DNA from: Bacteriovoracia bacterium
Lineage (GTDB): Bacteria; Bdellovibrionota; UBA1018; CAIPTA01
Length of the DNA stretch: 64,000 nucleotides
Direction of reading: 5' to 3'
Assembly (NCBI GenBank): GCA_050246755.1
Contig: JBFWVL010000001.1
Location: 1,036,611-1,100,610 of the forward strand
Shown: in pieces, positions 1 through 9,549 of the stretch
Numbering within the stretch: the stretch's first letter is position 1
How the letters are laid out: every line of letters begins with the position of its first letter
Translations under genes and position numbers: made by a program
The notes under the pieces: generated by a model
What the model was told of the DNA's origin: nothing
Database searches by the model: none
The model's input: the letters and a program-made list of their open reading frames with translations, nothing else

Positions 1-1104
1 GAGACTCACCGTGGCAATTTCATCGTGCCCGGGCACCTGAATTTCGACATCCAGGTTTCCGCTGCCCACCTCGCTCACCGCTTGGGCCAAATATTCCAGC
101 GGCATCGTCATTTGACGGGCCAGATAAAATCCCACCCAGATAGCCGCGAAAGTCACGAGAAGAGTGATCAAGATAAGAATAGTGAAATAGATCGTCTTCA
201 CCGGGTATTTTAGCGGATTTACATCTCTAAAATCGGCGTAGGTAGAAGAGATTTCATCCACCTTATTCACGAGACTAACCGGTAAATGATAACTAACCGC
301 GAGGGCGCCTACAATTTTGCGGCTAGTAGCCGACTCCCTTAACGGCATTACGGACCTAAGCACGTCTCCAGTTCCCACGTGCTGCACCAGCGCGGCCTCC
401 TCCCCGTCCAACGCGGCCTGAACCGTGGCAATCGGCAAGCGCGGAAATAGCTCCGGATTCAATTCGGAGCGCACCACGAGGGTTCGCGGATCAAGGGGGT
501 GCCAGTAAATCTCCACGGCGTCCAAGGCATACTTGCTACGCAGCTGATTTAAATCGCGGCCTATTCTCAAACGCCCATTCCTATCGTTGAGATTGGCGTG
601 ATCACTCACTTCGTCGCGAATTCTCTCGGCGAAATGCTGGGCGCTTTTCTGGGTGTTTTTATAATAAATATCGGTGATCTCGAGCGACGCCTGGAGCGTA
701 TTGCTCACCTTCACGCTGAACCATTTGTCGAAGGTGGAGTTAATATAAAAAGAAGAAATTAAAAAAAGCACCACCGTGGGAATGATGGAAAGACTGAGAA
801 AGCTGAGCACCAACTTCGTTTTGAGCTTAGCCCCCAGCATTCCTTTGCGGCGCTCGAGGAAAAGTTTGGAAAGATTCCGGAAGATCAGGAAAACCAGAAT
901 CGCGAGCAAAATCAAATTGAGGTTGATGATCCCAAAAAAGAAAATCGAGTTAACAAAGGGAAGAGTGCTAGATGCACGCACCAATTTCAACGCGAGATTC
1001 GAAAGCACCACGATCAAAATCAGCACGATTCCGATCGTGACAAGTTCGCGACGTCGCTTTCGCTTCTCGCTTTTATCTAGTGAAAAACCACCCAAAATTG
1101 GCAC
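1..1104 (-). CDS. Sensor histidine kinase, N-terminal portion (NtrY-like: TM - periplasmic domain - TM - HAMP). The C-terminus lies beyond the window start; probable GTG start at 1104
   Basis: The reverse-complement frame is open from the window edge. Its translation reads MPILGGFSLDKSEKRKRRRELVTIGIVLILIVVLS...ARQMTMPLEYLAQAVSEVGSGNLDVEIQ, i.e. a basic N-terminus, a TM helix and a HAMP-like segment. It is not in the ORF track because there is no in-window stop. Confidence 0.55.
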   Translation of the reverse strand, partial: MPILGGFSLDKSEKRKRRRELVTIGIVLILIVVLSNLALKLVRASSTLPFVNSIFFFGIINLNLILLAILVFLIFRNLSKLFLERRKGMLGAKLKTKLVLSFLSLSIIPTVVLFLISSFYINSTFDKWFSVKVSNTLQASLEITDIYYKNTQKSAQHFAERIRDEVSDHANLNDRNGRLRIGRDLNQLRSKYALDAVEIYWHPLDPRTLVVRSELNPELFPRLPIATVQAALDGEEAALVQHVGTGDVLRSVMPLRESATSRKIVGALAVSYHLPVSLVNKVDEISSTYADFRDVNPLKYPVKTIYFTILILITLLVTFAAIWVGFYLARQMTMPLEYLAQAVSEVGSGNLDVEIQVPGHDEIATVSL

Positions 1105-1179
1105 AGCGCACTAACCTTAGCCCGGAACTAATCCTAGAACCAGTTTTCGGGGCAATTCATTTCATTTCACGGCCTAAAT

Positions 1180-1209
1180 TTGACAGCCCGAGCCGAAAAC
1201 GCCTATAAG
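1180..1209 (+). promoter_or_regulatory. Candidate sigma70-type promoter (TTGACA-18 nt-TATAAG) about 145 nt upstream of the RNase E/G start, implying a long 5' UTR
   Basis: ttgaca at 1180-1185 and tataag at 1204-1209, read directly from the sequence. Confidence 0.35.
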
Positions 1210-1353
1210 TATGGCCAGAGATCCGTTTTTGACGAACCAAGTTTGGCCCCATTATTTGGCCGAATAACCAATAGTATAAACGAACGTTGAGTCGTGCGCA
1301 TGCCTTAAGCGGCGTTAGCGGTTCTCCTTTCGAAATAGCAAAAGGGATCTCGT

Positions 1354-3132
1354 ATGCCATCAGAATTAGTCATTAACGCCACCTTGCCGGAAATCCGGGT
1401 GGCCCTCCTGGAAGATGGAGAAATCTCCGATCTTTCTATCGAGTACGAAAAAAACAAAAGCATCGTTGGTAACGTATACAAGGGCCGCATCGTGCGCGTT
1501 CTTCCCGGCATGCAAGCCGCTTTCGTAGATATCGGACTCGAGCGAGCCGCGTTTCTTTACGTAGGCGATATCGTTTACGAAGCCGAGAGCGACGAAGAAG
1601 AGCCGGAAGAAATTCCCTCTACTCCCACTACCGCAGAGGGCGATATAGGCCCCGAGGCCGAGGAATCGACCAGCGAAAGCGGCTCCGAGCAGGAAGGCGA
1701 AGAAACCGTTGCGGCTGAAGGCGAAGAACAGCCTGCTGCGGAAGGTGAAGAAACCTCCCCCCGCCGCTCTTCCAACATGGGTCCTCGAGGACGCGACCGC
1801 CAAAGCCGCGGACGTTCTGGCGGACGTGGACGCGGTGGACGCTCCAAACCAATGCGTCCACGCCTGAATATCCAGGACGTGGTGAAAGAAGGCCAAGACG
1901 TAGTGGTTCAGGTAGCGAAAGAGCCTATGGGAACCAAAGGCGCGCGCCTAACTTGTCATATTTCTCTACCCGGGCGTCACGTGGTGCTTATGCCCACCGT
2001 GGATCACGTAGGAGTTTCGCGCAAAATTGAATCGAACGAAGAACGCCGCCGCCTGCGCCAGATCGTAGACGACCTGCGTCCACCGGGAATGGGAATCATC
2101 GTACGTACGGTTGCCGCCGAGCAAACGAATGAGCAGCTCACGAACGAGATCAACTATCTCCTAAATCTCTGGGCCACAATTAAGCGCAAAACGGAAACCC
2201 AGAAAGCTCCGGTTTGCTTAAACGAAGACCTCAACGTGGTTCTAAAAACCGTGCGAGATTTTTTCACGGACGACATTCACCGCCTCGTGGTGGATTCGCC
2301 CCGCGTGCATTCTTACGTGGTGGAGTTTGCCGAGCAGTTTGCACCTCACCTCGTGAACCGCGTAGTGAAGTATACCGGCAAAGATCCGATCTTCGACGCT
2401 TATGGGATCGAGAGTGAAATTTCCCGCGCCTTGCTACGTAAAGTTTGGCTGAAAAGCGGCGGCTATTTGATCGTAGACCAAACGGAAGCGCTAACCGTGA
2501 TCGACGTGAATACCGGAAAATTTACCGGCAAGAAAAACCTAGAAGAAACAATCTTCAAGACGAATATGGAAGCCGTGAAAGAAGTGGCTTATCAGCTCCG
2601 CCTTCGTAACGTGGGCGGTATCATCATCGTCGATCTGATCGATATGGAAAAATCCGCTCACCGCGAAAAGGTATATCGCTCCTTTGAAGACGCACTTAAA
2701 AAAGACAAAGCTAAAACGAATATCTTAAGGATCTCCGAACTTGGCCTTATCCAGATGACGAGAAAGCGTACCCGCGAATCACTCAATCACGTACTCTGCG
2801 AGAGCTGCCCGTATTGCAATGGTAAAGGATTCACCAAGAACCTTCGTACTGTTTGCTACGACATCTTTCGCGAGCTCGAACGCGCCGCCCTCGAAGGCGG
2901 AACTGTAGGCGCCCGCGTAGTGGCTCACCCAGAAGTGGCTGACGCCTTGTTTCAGGATGAACGAGATACTCTTGATCGCCTCGAAGAACGCTTCAGCATG
3001 AAGGTTTCCATCCAGGGAGATCCGTCCCTGCATATAGAAGACTTCAAAGTTTCGGGGGAACGCTTAAGCCTATCAGGGATAAAAAAAGCTCCTGTGATTC
3101 CGGCCGCCCCCGCCTCCAATCCAGAAGCCTAA
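1354..3132 (+). CDS. Ribonuclease E/G family endoribonuclease (RNase G-length, 592 aa) with a large disordered insertion in the S1 domain
   Basis: S1 motif GNVYKGRIVRVLPGMQAAFVDIG, 5' sensor/DNase-I-like region, Zn-link CPYCNGKG near the C-terminus. There is no long C-terminal scaffold. Confidence 0.9.
   Translation: MPSELVINATLPEIRVALLEDGEISDLSIEYEKNKSIVGNVYKGRIVRVLPGMQAAFVDIGLERAAFLYVGDIVYEAESDEEEPEEIPSTPTTAEGDIGPEAEESTSESGSEQEGEETVAAEGEEQPAAEGEETSPRRSSNMGPRGRDRQSRGRSGGRGRGGRSKPMRPRLNIQDVVKEGQDVVVQVAKEPMGTKGARLTCHISLPGRHVVLMPTVDHVGVSRKIESNEERRRLRQIVDDLRPPGMGIIVRTVAAEQTNEQLTNEINYLLNLWATIKRKTETQKAPVCLNEDLNVVLKTVRDFFTDDIHRLVVDSPRVHSYVVEFAEQFAPHLVNRVVKYTGKDPIFDAYGIESEISRALLRKVWLKSGGYLIVDQTEALTVIDVNTGKFTGKKNLEETIFKTNMEAVKEVAYQLRLRNVGGIIIVDLIDMEKSAHREKVYRSFEDALKKDKAKTNILRISELGLIQMTRKRTRESLNHVLCESCPYCNGKGFTKNLRTVCYDIFRELERAALEGGTVGARVVAHPEVADALFQDERDTLDRLEERFSMKVSIQGDPSLHIEDFKVSGERLSLSGIKKAPVIPAAPASNPEA
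1711..1758 (+). repeat. 24-nt imperfect tandem duplication inside the RNase insertion (encodes AAEGEEQP / AAEGEETS)
   Basis: gcggctgaaggcgaagaacagcct followed by gctgcggaaggtgaagaaacctcc. Confidence 0.6.
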
Positions 3133-3153
3133 AAAACGCATTTATGCGAAGAA

Positions 3154-3189
3154 AGCCGTACTGGGAAAGCCCCGTACGGCTCTTTTTTT
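3154..3189 (+). terminator. Rho-independent terminator after the RNase E/G gene
   Basis: Stem agccgtac(t)ggg / cccgtacggct followed by ctttttttg. Confidence 0.6.
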
Positions 3190-3353
3190 GTCCTTAAAAT
3201 ATGTCTATTTTTTAGACAGATGTATGGCTCCCGGCGTGAGCAGCGCGCCAACCCTCAATAAAACGCCGTATAATCAAGGACTTATGGGCCGACGGCTTGG
3301 CCTTTTCCTTGCTCTCCTACGAGTAGACCTTTTATTTTGTAGGAGCAGTTCGA

Positions 3354-4067
3354 ATGAAAATCTCTACCCAGTTGCCACTCTTTTTAGCCCTTCTTTTTTC
3401 CATCCCTGTAAGCGCCTCGGCCGCATCGCTCGCCGACGTGCAAAAACAAATCGATGACCTTCGCCAACGTGCGGAGTCCGACATGGCTTTCGTGGCAAAA
3501 AATGGACGAAACTGTACCAACCACTTTGGCACCCTGGGCGATGCTTTGAATAAGACCGCCGCCCGCGTCGGTGCCGCGAGAGCGGCCCTGAATGAAGCTT
3601 TCAGCAAAGTTTCCGCTAAGAGTGAGGATGGAAGCTGCAAAGCCCCAGACCTAAAAGAAGTGAAATTTATGCTCAAGGGCATCCAAGCCGCCCGCGATCA
3701 CATTGATTTCATCGTCGATACTTTCGATAAGTCGCCGAGCTTTCTCACCCAAAAAACCAGCCATCAAATCATGCTGGAAGCCATGGCCGCGGCCGAAGGC
3801 TACCCCAACTGCATCCCCACTAAGCGCAATGATCCGAACTCCACTCCTGAGTCTCTGCGCTACCAGTCCTTCCACGATGGCATCGTGAAGCTCGGTAAAC
3901 TATTGAAGCAGTTGGATGAAGACGGGGGCCTCAAAGCCGCCGCAAAAAACTCCTGTCATCAAGCAAATAGCGGCCGCCTTCAGTTTGCAGCCTACCAATC
4001 CTCTGGTGGCGGCGCCGTTGATCGCGCCATCGAAGATGCCGCCGGCGGATCTACCGCGGCCTACTAA
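3354..4067 (+). CDS. Secreted hypothetical protein (signal peptide, Cys-containing, no recognisable domain)
   Basis: N-terminus MKISTQLPLFLALLFSIPVSASAAS; ORF followed by a strong terminator. Confidence 0.55.
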   Translation: MKISTQLPLFLALLFSIPVSASAASLADVQKQIDDLRQRAESDMAFVAKNGRNCTNHFGTLGDALNKTAARVGAARAALNEAFSKVSAKSEDGSCKAPDLKEVKFMLKGIQAARDHIDFIVDTFDKSPSFLTQKTSHQIMLEAMAAAEGYPNCIPTKRNDPNSTPESLRYQSFHDGIVKLGKLLKQLDEDGGLKAAAKNSCHQANSGRLQFAAYQSSGGGAVDRAIEDAAGGSTAAY

Positions 4068-4083
4068 GCTAAGCGCATAAAAA

Positions 4084-4127
4084 GCAAAATCCCGCGTAGC
4101 CCAAGGCAACGCGGGATTTTGCTTTTT
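4084..4127. terminator. Bidirectional rho-independent terminator between convergent genes
   Basis: 13-bp perfect stem gcaaaatcccgcg / cgcgggattttgc with T-runs on both strands. Confidence 0.75.
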
Positions 4128-4136
4128 CCAGAGCAA

Positions 4137-4565
4137 CTAGAAGCGAATATTTGCAATGGAAGACCAAACAGCCGGCGCTCGCTGCGCCATCCCGCTCCGG
4201 CCCTGAAGACTCGTAGAATGCTCGGGTTGAAGAAGCTTGGCTCGATTAGCGAGATCTATCTCTTTCCGTACACGCGCGTTCGCCTCTTCTTCGTCTTCCG
4301 CCCGGCCATCCTGCACGCCGGAATAAGCAGAAATAAGAACACCCACCACAGCGCCGACCGCGGCTCCGTAAAAGATATTCTTCGTATTTTTTCCAGAATC
4401 TTCATAAAAGGGCAGAGTAGAGGCGCCGAGGATAGCGCCCGCCACCGTGGTAACAGTTACGGTGGTGGCGGCTTCGCCCATCGTCACAGCCTTCGCTCCC
4501 GGGGAAAGAACTAAGGCAAGGATCAAATAAATCAGTACCGACGTGGAGGAGCGGTGCAAAATCAC
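4137..4565 (-). CDS. Small membrane protein with a glycine-zipper segment (hypothetical)
   Basis: GAAVGAVVGVLISAYSG GxxxG repeats; charged C-terminal tail. Confidence 0.5.
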   Translation of the reverse strand: MILHRSSTSVLIYLILALVLSPGAKAVTMGEAATTVTVTTVAGAILGASTLPFYEDSGKNTKNIFYGAAVGAVVGVLISAYSGVQDGRAEDEEEANARVRKEIDLANRAKLLQPEHSTSLQGRSGMAQRAPAVWSSIANIRF

Positions 4566-5164
4566 GGTACGTAATCTCTCAACAGACTAAGCAAATTCCC
4601 GCAGGGTTTTCCTACGATCGTTTTGCGCTCTGTTACGTATGACTTCGATTTTTTGTTCCAATAGGAAATCTCAGAGTCGCAGGATTCACTCGCCACCTTG
4701 CGGCCATCACTCTCGGTTTTTACCACCGAGAAAGTGACGGGATTTTCCGCTTGGCCTTCGGCGGCGAACGCAAAGCGTTCGCCGTCGTTGATCCTAGTTT
4801 GTATCATTTTGTAGTTCGTGCCCTGCACGTCTACGTAAAAGTGATTGGTGTTGGCAAGAAAGCTAAATGCCCAGTCTTTCTGCTTCACCAAAACCTGGTG
4901 CTTATTTTCACTGGCCACCGCGCGGTTACTATTGTCGGCGGCGATGCGGCCGAAGTTATCGCCAACTTCGTCTAGCCAGGTGAAATCTCCGTGCATTGCT
5001 GCCGGTTCTCGCCCGTCGTATTTTTTCCGGTTTTCGCTGGCATCAGAATCGTCTTTGACGGAACTGATTTCGCGGTTTCCTGTGGACGCACATGCGGCTA
5101 AGCCGAGTGCCAAGATGATGAGTGCCCCTGATCTGATCGTATTAACGTACTTCCTGTACTTCAT
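4562..5164 (-). CDS. Putative lipoprotein (signal peptide + lipobox LAAC), hypothetical
   Basis: MKYRKYVNTIRSGALIILALGLAACAS; 4-nt overlap with the downstream gene. Confidence 0.55.
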   Translation of the reverse strand: MKYRKYVNTIRSGALIILALGLAACASTGNREISSVKDDSDASENRKKYDGREPAAMHGDFTWLDEVGDNFGRIAADNSNRAVASENKHQVLVKQKDWAFSFLANTNHFYVDVQGTNYKMIQTRINDGERFAFAAEGQAENPVTFSVVKTESDGRKVASESCDSEISYWNKKSKSYVTERKTIVGKPCGNLLSLLRDYVP

Positions 5165-5291
5165 AAACCGATCCTCCTACCGAAAAGTATAGCATTTCGC
5201 ACGCTCGGCTCAAGGGTTATGTCATAGAGGGTAAAGCACTGTAAGTTTTCGCTTTTTTCTGCTATTTCCCAAAAGGAAAGACAGGTGCCTT

Positions 5292-5924
5292 TTGACCCCT
5301 ACCCTTTTTCTAGCTTCTCAGTCACCGCGCCGCCGCGACCTGCTTGAGCAGGCGGCCATCCGCTTTCAAGTTTATCTACCCAAGGAAGAGGAGCTCATGG
5401 CGCCAAAAACCTCGAAAGAGCCTCCGTCACACCTGGTGAAGCGTATCGCAGAAGCCAAAGCGCTAGCGGCAGCTAGGGAGTTAACCGCAAGCGGTGAAAA
5501 TAATGCGTTAATACTAGCGGCTGACACGCTAGTTTTTATTGGTAACCGTGTATTAGCTAAACCAACTTCTCAACTAGAGGCCGTAAGAATGCTCAAAACT
5601 CTTTCGGGAAAATGGCATACCGTGTGTACCGGCGTAACGGTGGCTCAGCTTAAAAATGGCAAGCACACGGTAAAGTCATTTTCGTTGTCTACGAAAGTAA
5701 AATTCTTCCGTCTTCAGCCAGAACAAATTCGCTGGTACGTGGCTACCGGAGAGCCCATGGATAAGGCCGGAAGTTATGGAGCTCAGGGATATGGCGCGGC
5801 CCTCGTAGAAAAGTTCTCTGGCTCTTATACGAATGTAGTTGGTTTGCCGCTCGGACATACTCTACGTTTTCTAGAAAAGGTTTCCGGCCTCAAACGGAGC
5901 GCTTTTCAGAGGGAAAAAAAGTGA
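5292..5924 (+). CDS. maf: Maf-like nucleoside triphosphate pyrophosphatase (septum formation protein Maf); TTG start in the track
   Basis: LASQSPRRRDLLEQA N-terminal Maf signature. Confidence 0.8.
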   Translation: MTPTLFLASQSPRRRDLLEQAAIRFQVYLPKEEELMAPKTSKEPPSHLVKRIAEAKALAAARELTASGENNALILAADTLVFIGNRVLAKPTSQLEAVRMLKTLSGKWHTVCTGVTVAQLKNGKHTVKSFSLSTKVKFFRLQPEQIRWYVATGEPMDKAGSYGAQGYGAALVEKFSGSYTNVVGLPLGHTLRFLEKVSGLKRSAFQREKK

Positions 5925-6628
5925 AACGAGAGCTGCTGGAAAACGTAAAAAGCGACATCAGGGATGCCTGCCAACGCGCGGGACGAAAACCCGAAGAGGT
6001 AACTCTTATTGCCGTAAGCAAGACCAAACCCTGGGAAGACGTTGCGGAATTCCTTACGCTCGGACAAAAAGATTTTGGGGAAAACTACGTTCAAGAGGCA
6101 CTGGAAAAGATTGCGGCAATAAAATCTGATACTAAAATTTCCACTGTTCCCAACTGGCACTTCATCGGAAACCTACAGTCGAATAAAGCCAAATTCTTGC
6201 CGGGTAACTTCGGGCTCTTTCATGCGCTCGATTCTGTCTCGTTGGCGCAGAAATTAAGTAAGGCGGCGGCAGAGAGGAAGGTCGTGATGAATTGTCTCGT
6301 AGAAGTAAATGTAGACAACGAAGCGAGCAAGGCCGGGATCTCTTCTGGCCATCTACCTGCATTTCTTAAAGACATACTCGAACTCCAAAATATTCGTATC
6401 TTGGGATTGATGTGCTTACCTTCGGCCGCCAATGCCAGCCGTGCTCCTTTTGCGAAACTGAGAGATCTTTTAGAAAAAACTAACGCCAGCAATATCTATC
6501 CTCATCCTCTTCGCGAACTATCCATGGGCATGAGCGGCGATTTCAAGGAAGCCATCATGGAGGGGGCCACTTTTGTGCGCGTTGGTACCCGGCTCTTCGG
6601 TGAGCGAACGCGAGGAAAGGTTTCGTGA
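5921..6628 (+). CDS. yggS: YggS/PROSC-family PLP-binding protein
   Basis: GTG start overlapping the maf stop (GTGA); C-terminal ...ATFVRVGTRLFG typical of YggS. Confidence 0.8.
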   Translation: MKRELLENVKSDIRDACQRAGRKPEEVTLIAVSKTKPWEDVAEFLTLGQKDFGENYVQEALEKIAAIKSDTKISTVPNWHFIGNLQSNKAKFLPGNFGLFHALDSVSLAQKLSKAAAERKVVMNCLVEVNVDNEASKAGISSGHLPAFLKDILELQNIRILGLMCLPSAANASRAPFAKLRDLLEKTNASNIYPHPLRELSMGMSGDFKEAIMEGATFVRVGTRLFGERTRGKVS

Positions 6629-7293
6629 AATTTGATCTAGTTTACGAAACCGAGAAGTTTGTGGCGGTGAACAAGCCGGCGGGAGTTCTTTCGCAGAAAG
6701 ATAAGTCCGGGGAAGACGACCTCGCCGCCCTCCTTTCAAACGAGTGGAAGCGCGAGGGCAGAAGAGTGGACTTCCTCGCTCCTGTGCATCGCTTGGATCG
6801 CAATGTGTCCGGACTCATCTTGCTTGCGAAAAGCTCCGCCGGCGCAAAAGAGCTGTCCACCTGGCTGGTAGAAGGAAAAGTTAACCGCACCTACTTAGCA
6901 ATCGCCAAAGGAGATCCCGGGGAAAGCGGAACGTTTGAGTTTCGGTTAAAAAAGGACTCCGCCACCAATCAAGTACGGGTCGCGAATGATGGTGAAGAAG
7001 CCGTTACTCAATTCACGCGCCTCCAAAAGCTCGGAAACTCCAGTCTGATGAAGGTGCGCCTGCTCACAGGTAGATCACATCAAATTCGCGTGCATTTTTC
7101 GCACGCTGGGCATGCTCTAATCGGCGACAAAAAATACGCTAAGAAGCCTTGGTCCGAAATCTTCCACCGGCCGGCCCTTCATGCCACCGAGCTCGAAATG
7201 CCGGGAGAAAATGGAAAAGTTTTACAGCTGCGCGCGGCCACACCGAAAGATTTTTCCGATCTATTGGCTAAGCTAGGTGGAAAACCGCTTTAA
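6625..7293 (+). CDS. RluA-family pseudouridine synthase
   Basis: HRLDRNVSGLILLAK catalytic-Asp motif; GTG start overlapping the yggS stop. Confidence 0.8.
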   Translation: MKFDLVYETEKFVAVNKPAGVLSQKDKSGEDDLAALLSNEWKREGRRVDFLAPVHRLDRNVSGLILLAKSSAGAKELSTWLVEGKVNRTYLAIAKGDPGESGTFEFRLKKDSATNQVRVANDGEEAVTQFTRLQKLGNSSLMKVRLLTGRSHQIRVHFSHAGHALIGDKKYAKKPWSEIFHRPALHATELEMPGENGKVLQLRAATPKDFSDLLAKLGGKPL

Positions 7294-8063
7294 TTACGAC
7301 GATTGGTTGGCGAACCGTCTTTGAGTTCATTTAGCAGGGCGCGCATGTCCTCCGTCATGGGACATTCGATTTCAACGGCTTTCTCCGTGAAGGGATGAAC
7401 GAAGGAAAGCGCGCGGGCGTGGAGCGGCAAGCGCCGAGGCTCCAAGCTTGGAAAAACTTTGCTCTTCCAATGCGAATCCCAGTACGCCTCGTCCCACAGG
7501 ATGGGAATATCCAGAATCTTTAGGTGCACGCGAATCTGGTGCAAGCGGCCGGTATGCGGATGAGCCTCAATCCAGGCAATATCCCCGAATTTTTCTCGGA
7601 CCATGAATTCAGTTTCGGCGGGCTTCCCTTTTCGGACATCCACGATGGCACGGCCGCGGCCCTTTTTTCCCTCGGCGCGCAAAAGCGGAACCTCGCAAAC
7701 GCAAGAGTCCCACTCGGGCACACCGGCCGTAAAAGCCCAGTAAACTTTCTTCATCTTGCGTTGCTCGAACATCATGGAAAGGCGGCGATGCGCCTCTTGG
7801 TGCTTGGCAAAAAGTACGATCCCGCTGGTATCGCGATCGAGGCGGTGCACGGGGTAGAGATCGCGGCCCGATTCGTCCGGCTTATGGCCTTGAGTGCGTA
7901 AGTAAGCGCCAATTTCGTGCAGAAGCACCCGGGTTTCTTTTCCCCAGCGATCAGCTACGACCAGCTCTCCGGGAGCCTTGCGCACGGCCAGGAAATGCTC
8001 ATCTTCAATTAAGATTTTTTCGTTCGCCGACGGGTCCGTCATCTTCCTCAAAATCTTGCTCAT
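7290..8063 (-). CDS. RluA-family pseudouridine synthase (second copy, convergent; stop codons overlap by 4 nt)
   Basis: VHRLDRDTSGIVLFAK motif. Confidence 0.8.
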   Translation of the reverse strand: MSKILRKMTDPSANEKILIEDEHFLAVRKAPGELVVADRWGKETRVLLHEIGAYLRTQGHKPDESGRDLYPVHRLDRDTSGIVLFAKHQEAHRRLSMMFEQRKMKKVYWAFTAGVPEWDSCVCEVPLLRAEGKKGRGRAIVDVRKGKPAETEFMVREKFGDIAWIEAHPHTGRLHQIRVHLKILDIPILWDEAYWDSHWKSKVFPSLEPRRLPLHARALSFVHPFTEKAVEIECPMTEDMRALLNELKDGSPTNRRN

Positions 8064-8544
8064 AATCGCTGCCGAGCCTTGCGCGCTCGGTGCGATAAAT
8101 CATGGAGTAGCCATCTTCCCCATCGGGGTAAAACTTAGGCATCGTATGCAATACAATAAACCCCAGGCTTTGGTACAGCTGCACGGCCGGTTGGTTGCCT
8201 TTCCTCACCTCTAGCACGATGCTCTCGGCCTTCTCCCTCATAACAAATGCAATCACCTGCCGCAAAAGATACTTGCCTAGCCCCTGCCGCTTGAGCTCGG
8301 GATGAACCGCGAAGGTTTGGATATGGGCTTGCTCGGCCGGAAGAGAAAAAACGATATAAGCGAGAATTTTGGCGTCCGTTTCGTTGTCGGTAACGACCCA
8401 AAATCGAGTGGTCCGCTTGTTGAATTCGGCGCGAAACGACTCTAGGCTCCAAGGAGGCCGCATGCACTGGGCTTCAATGGCTACGATTTGAGGCAGATCT
8501 TCTTCCACAGCCGGGCGGGGAGAATAGTCGAGGTAGCTCACCAT
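8005..8544 (-). CDS. rimI: GNAT acetyltransferase, RimI-like (ribosomal-protein-alanine N-acetyltransferase family)
   Basis: HPELKRQGLGKYLLRQ acetyl-CoA binding motif. Confidence 0.7.
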   Translation of the reverse strand: MVSYLDYSPRPAVEEDLPQIVAIEAQCMRPPWSLESFRAEFNKRTTRFWVVTDNETDAKILAYIVFSLPAEQAHIQTFAVHPELKRQGLGKYLLRQVIAFVMREKAESIVLEVRKGNQPAVQLYQSLGFIVLHTMPKFYPDGEDGYSMIYRTERARLGSDYEQDFEEDDGPVGERKNLN

Positions 8545-8545
8545 T

Positions 8546-9091
8546 TCACTCTAGTAGGATCTTTACGGGATAGCGCGATTTTGCTTCACGGCGCCAAACA
8601 TCGGCGTCCGTTACGATCTCGGTTTTACGGAACCGCTCAATCAAAATCTGTTTTTCAAGCTCGCGAACCAGCAAACTCTCTCCTTCGCGCAGGCGGTTTT
8701 CGGTGCGCCAAAAGTTGGAATATTTTTTCCCAAGAGCTTGCCATTGCGAGTGACATTCACTTTTGTCGTGAATAGCGCGAACGGCCTGAGGAATCATTCC
8801 GGCCGTGGTAAACTTGCGCCCTTTGGCTTCGAGGTAGATGAGCTCTTCATCTACATAGGCACTTAGCAATTCTTTTTGATCTTTCGGAAGGGGTTTTTCC
8901 CGCTGGAGTACACCAGCACAGATAAGCACGGCATTCACCTGCGAGAATCGAGTTAGGTCGGAAACCAGCACCGCCTCATGGCCAACCTGGGCCACGAGTG
9001 AGTCTACGGCAACAGCGAGCGACGCAGGTTCACGGCCGCGAGCGGCGGCCGTGAGCGAAAAAAGCGCCAGAAGAGTTAAGAAAAGCTTCAT
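8546..9091 (-). CDS. Periplasmic hypothetical protein (signal peptide)
   Basis: MKLFLTLLALFSLTAAARG. Confidence 0.45.
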   Translation of the reverse strand: MKLFLTLLALFSLTAAARGREPASLAVAVDSLVAQVGHEAVLVSDLTRFSQVNAVLICAGVLQREKPLPKDQKELLSAYVDEELIYLEAKGRKFTTAGMIPQAVRAIHDKSECHSQWQALGKKYSNFWRTENRLREGESLLVRELEKQILIERFRKTEIVTDADVWRREAKSRYPVKILLE

Positions 9092-9100
9092 CTACTTTTA

Positions 9101-9469
9101 TTATAGGATTCTCCGTAGAGGGATCGAAACCTTTTTTTCTTCTCCCACTCTTACCGTACCGATCACCAGCGTCCGCCCGGTTCCGTCAAAACCCGTAAAA
9201 GTGAGTTCATCACCGACCTTTAGATCACAAGATAGGGTCTGTCCCTGATTCCAGGCGGTTTCTTGTAAAATCTTTCCTTCCCGGGCGACGCTAATTCTCT
9301 TCGTCTCTACTCCGTACCAAAACAGTTCGGACTCGCCGGCGGGAAGCTCTAAATTCACCCCTAACGCGTCCGACGCAGCGTGTTCTCCACGACCACAGCC
9401 AGAAATCGCGGCCCCCAGTAGCAAAATGCAAAACCAGTGGTATAGTTTTTTTCGCCTATTTCTTTTCAT
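9101..9469 (-). CDS. Putative lipoprotein, hypothetical
   Basis: LLLGAAISGCG lipobox. Confidence 0.5.
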   Translation of the reverse strand: MKRNRRKKLYHWFCILLLGAAISGCGRGEHAASDALGVNLELPAGESELFWYGVETKRISVAREGKILQETAWNQGQTLSCDLKVGDELTFTGFDGTGRTLVIGTVRVGEEKKVSIPLRRIL

Positions 9470-9549
9470 TCATTCCTCTTTTCTTTATCCGGTTTCAGGA
9501 GAGCTCTCTTGAGCAAAATCGGGACCATCGCGGTTCGGATTTTTTTGCT

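Noticed and set aside
25-1114. Plus-strand ORFs 25-213 and 776-1114
   Set aside because: They lie inside the minus-strand sensor-kinase gene, whose translation is continuous and domain-like, whereas these have low-complexity K/R/S-rich translations.
1366-1896. Minus-strand ORFs (176, 90 and 77 aa) antisense to the RNase E/G insertion
   Set aside because: They sit in a GC-rich repetitive coding segment and are Ala/Ser/Arg-rich with no start context. The sense frame is a strongly supported RNase.
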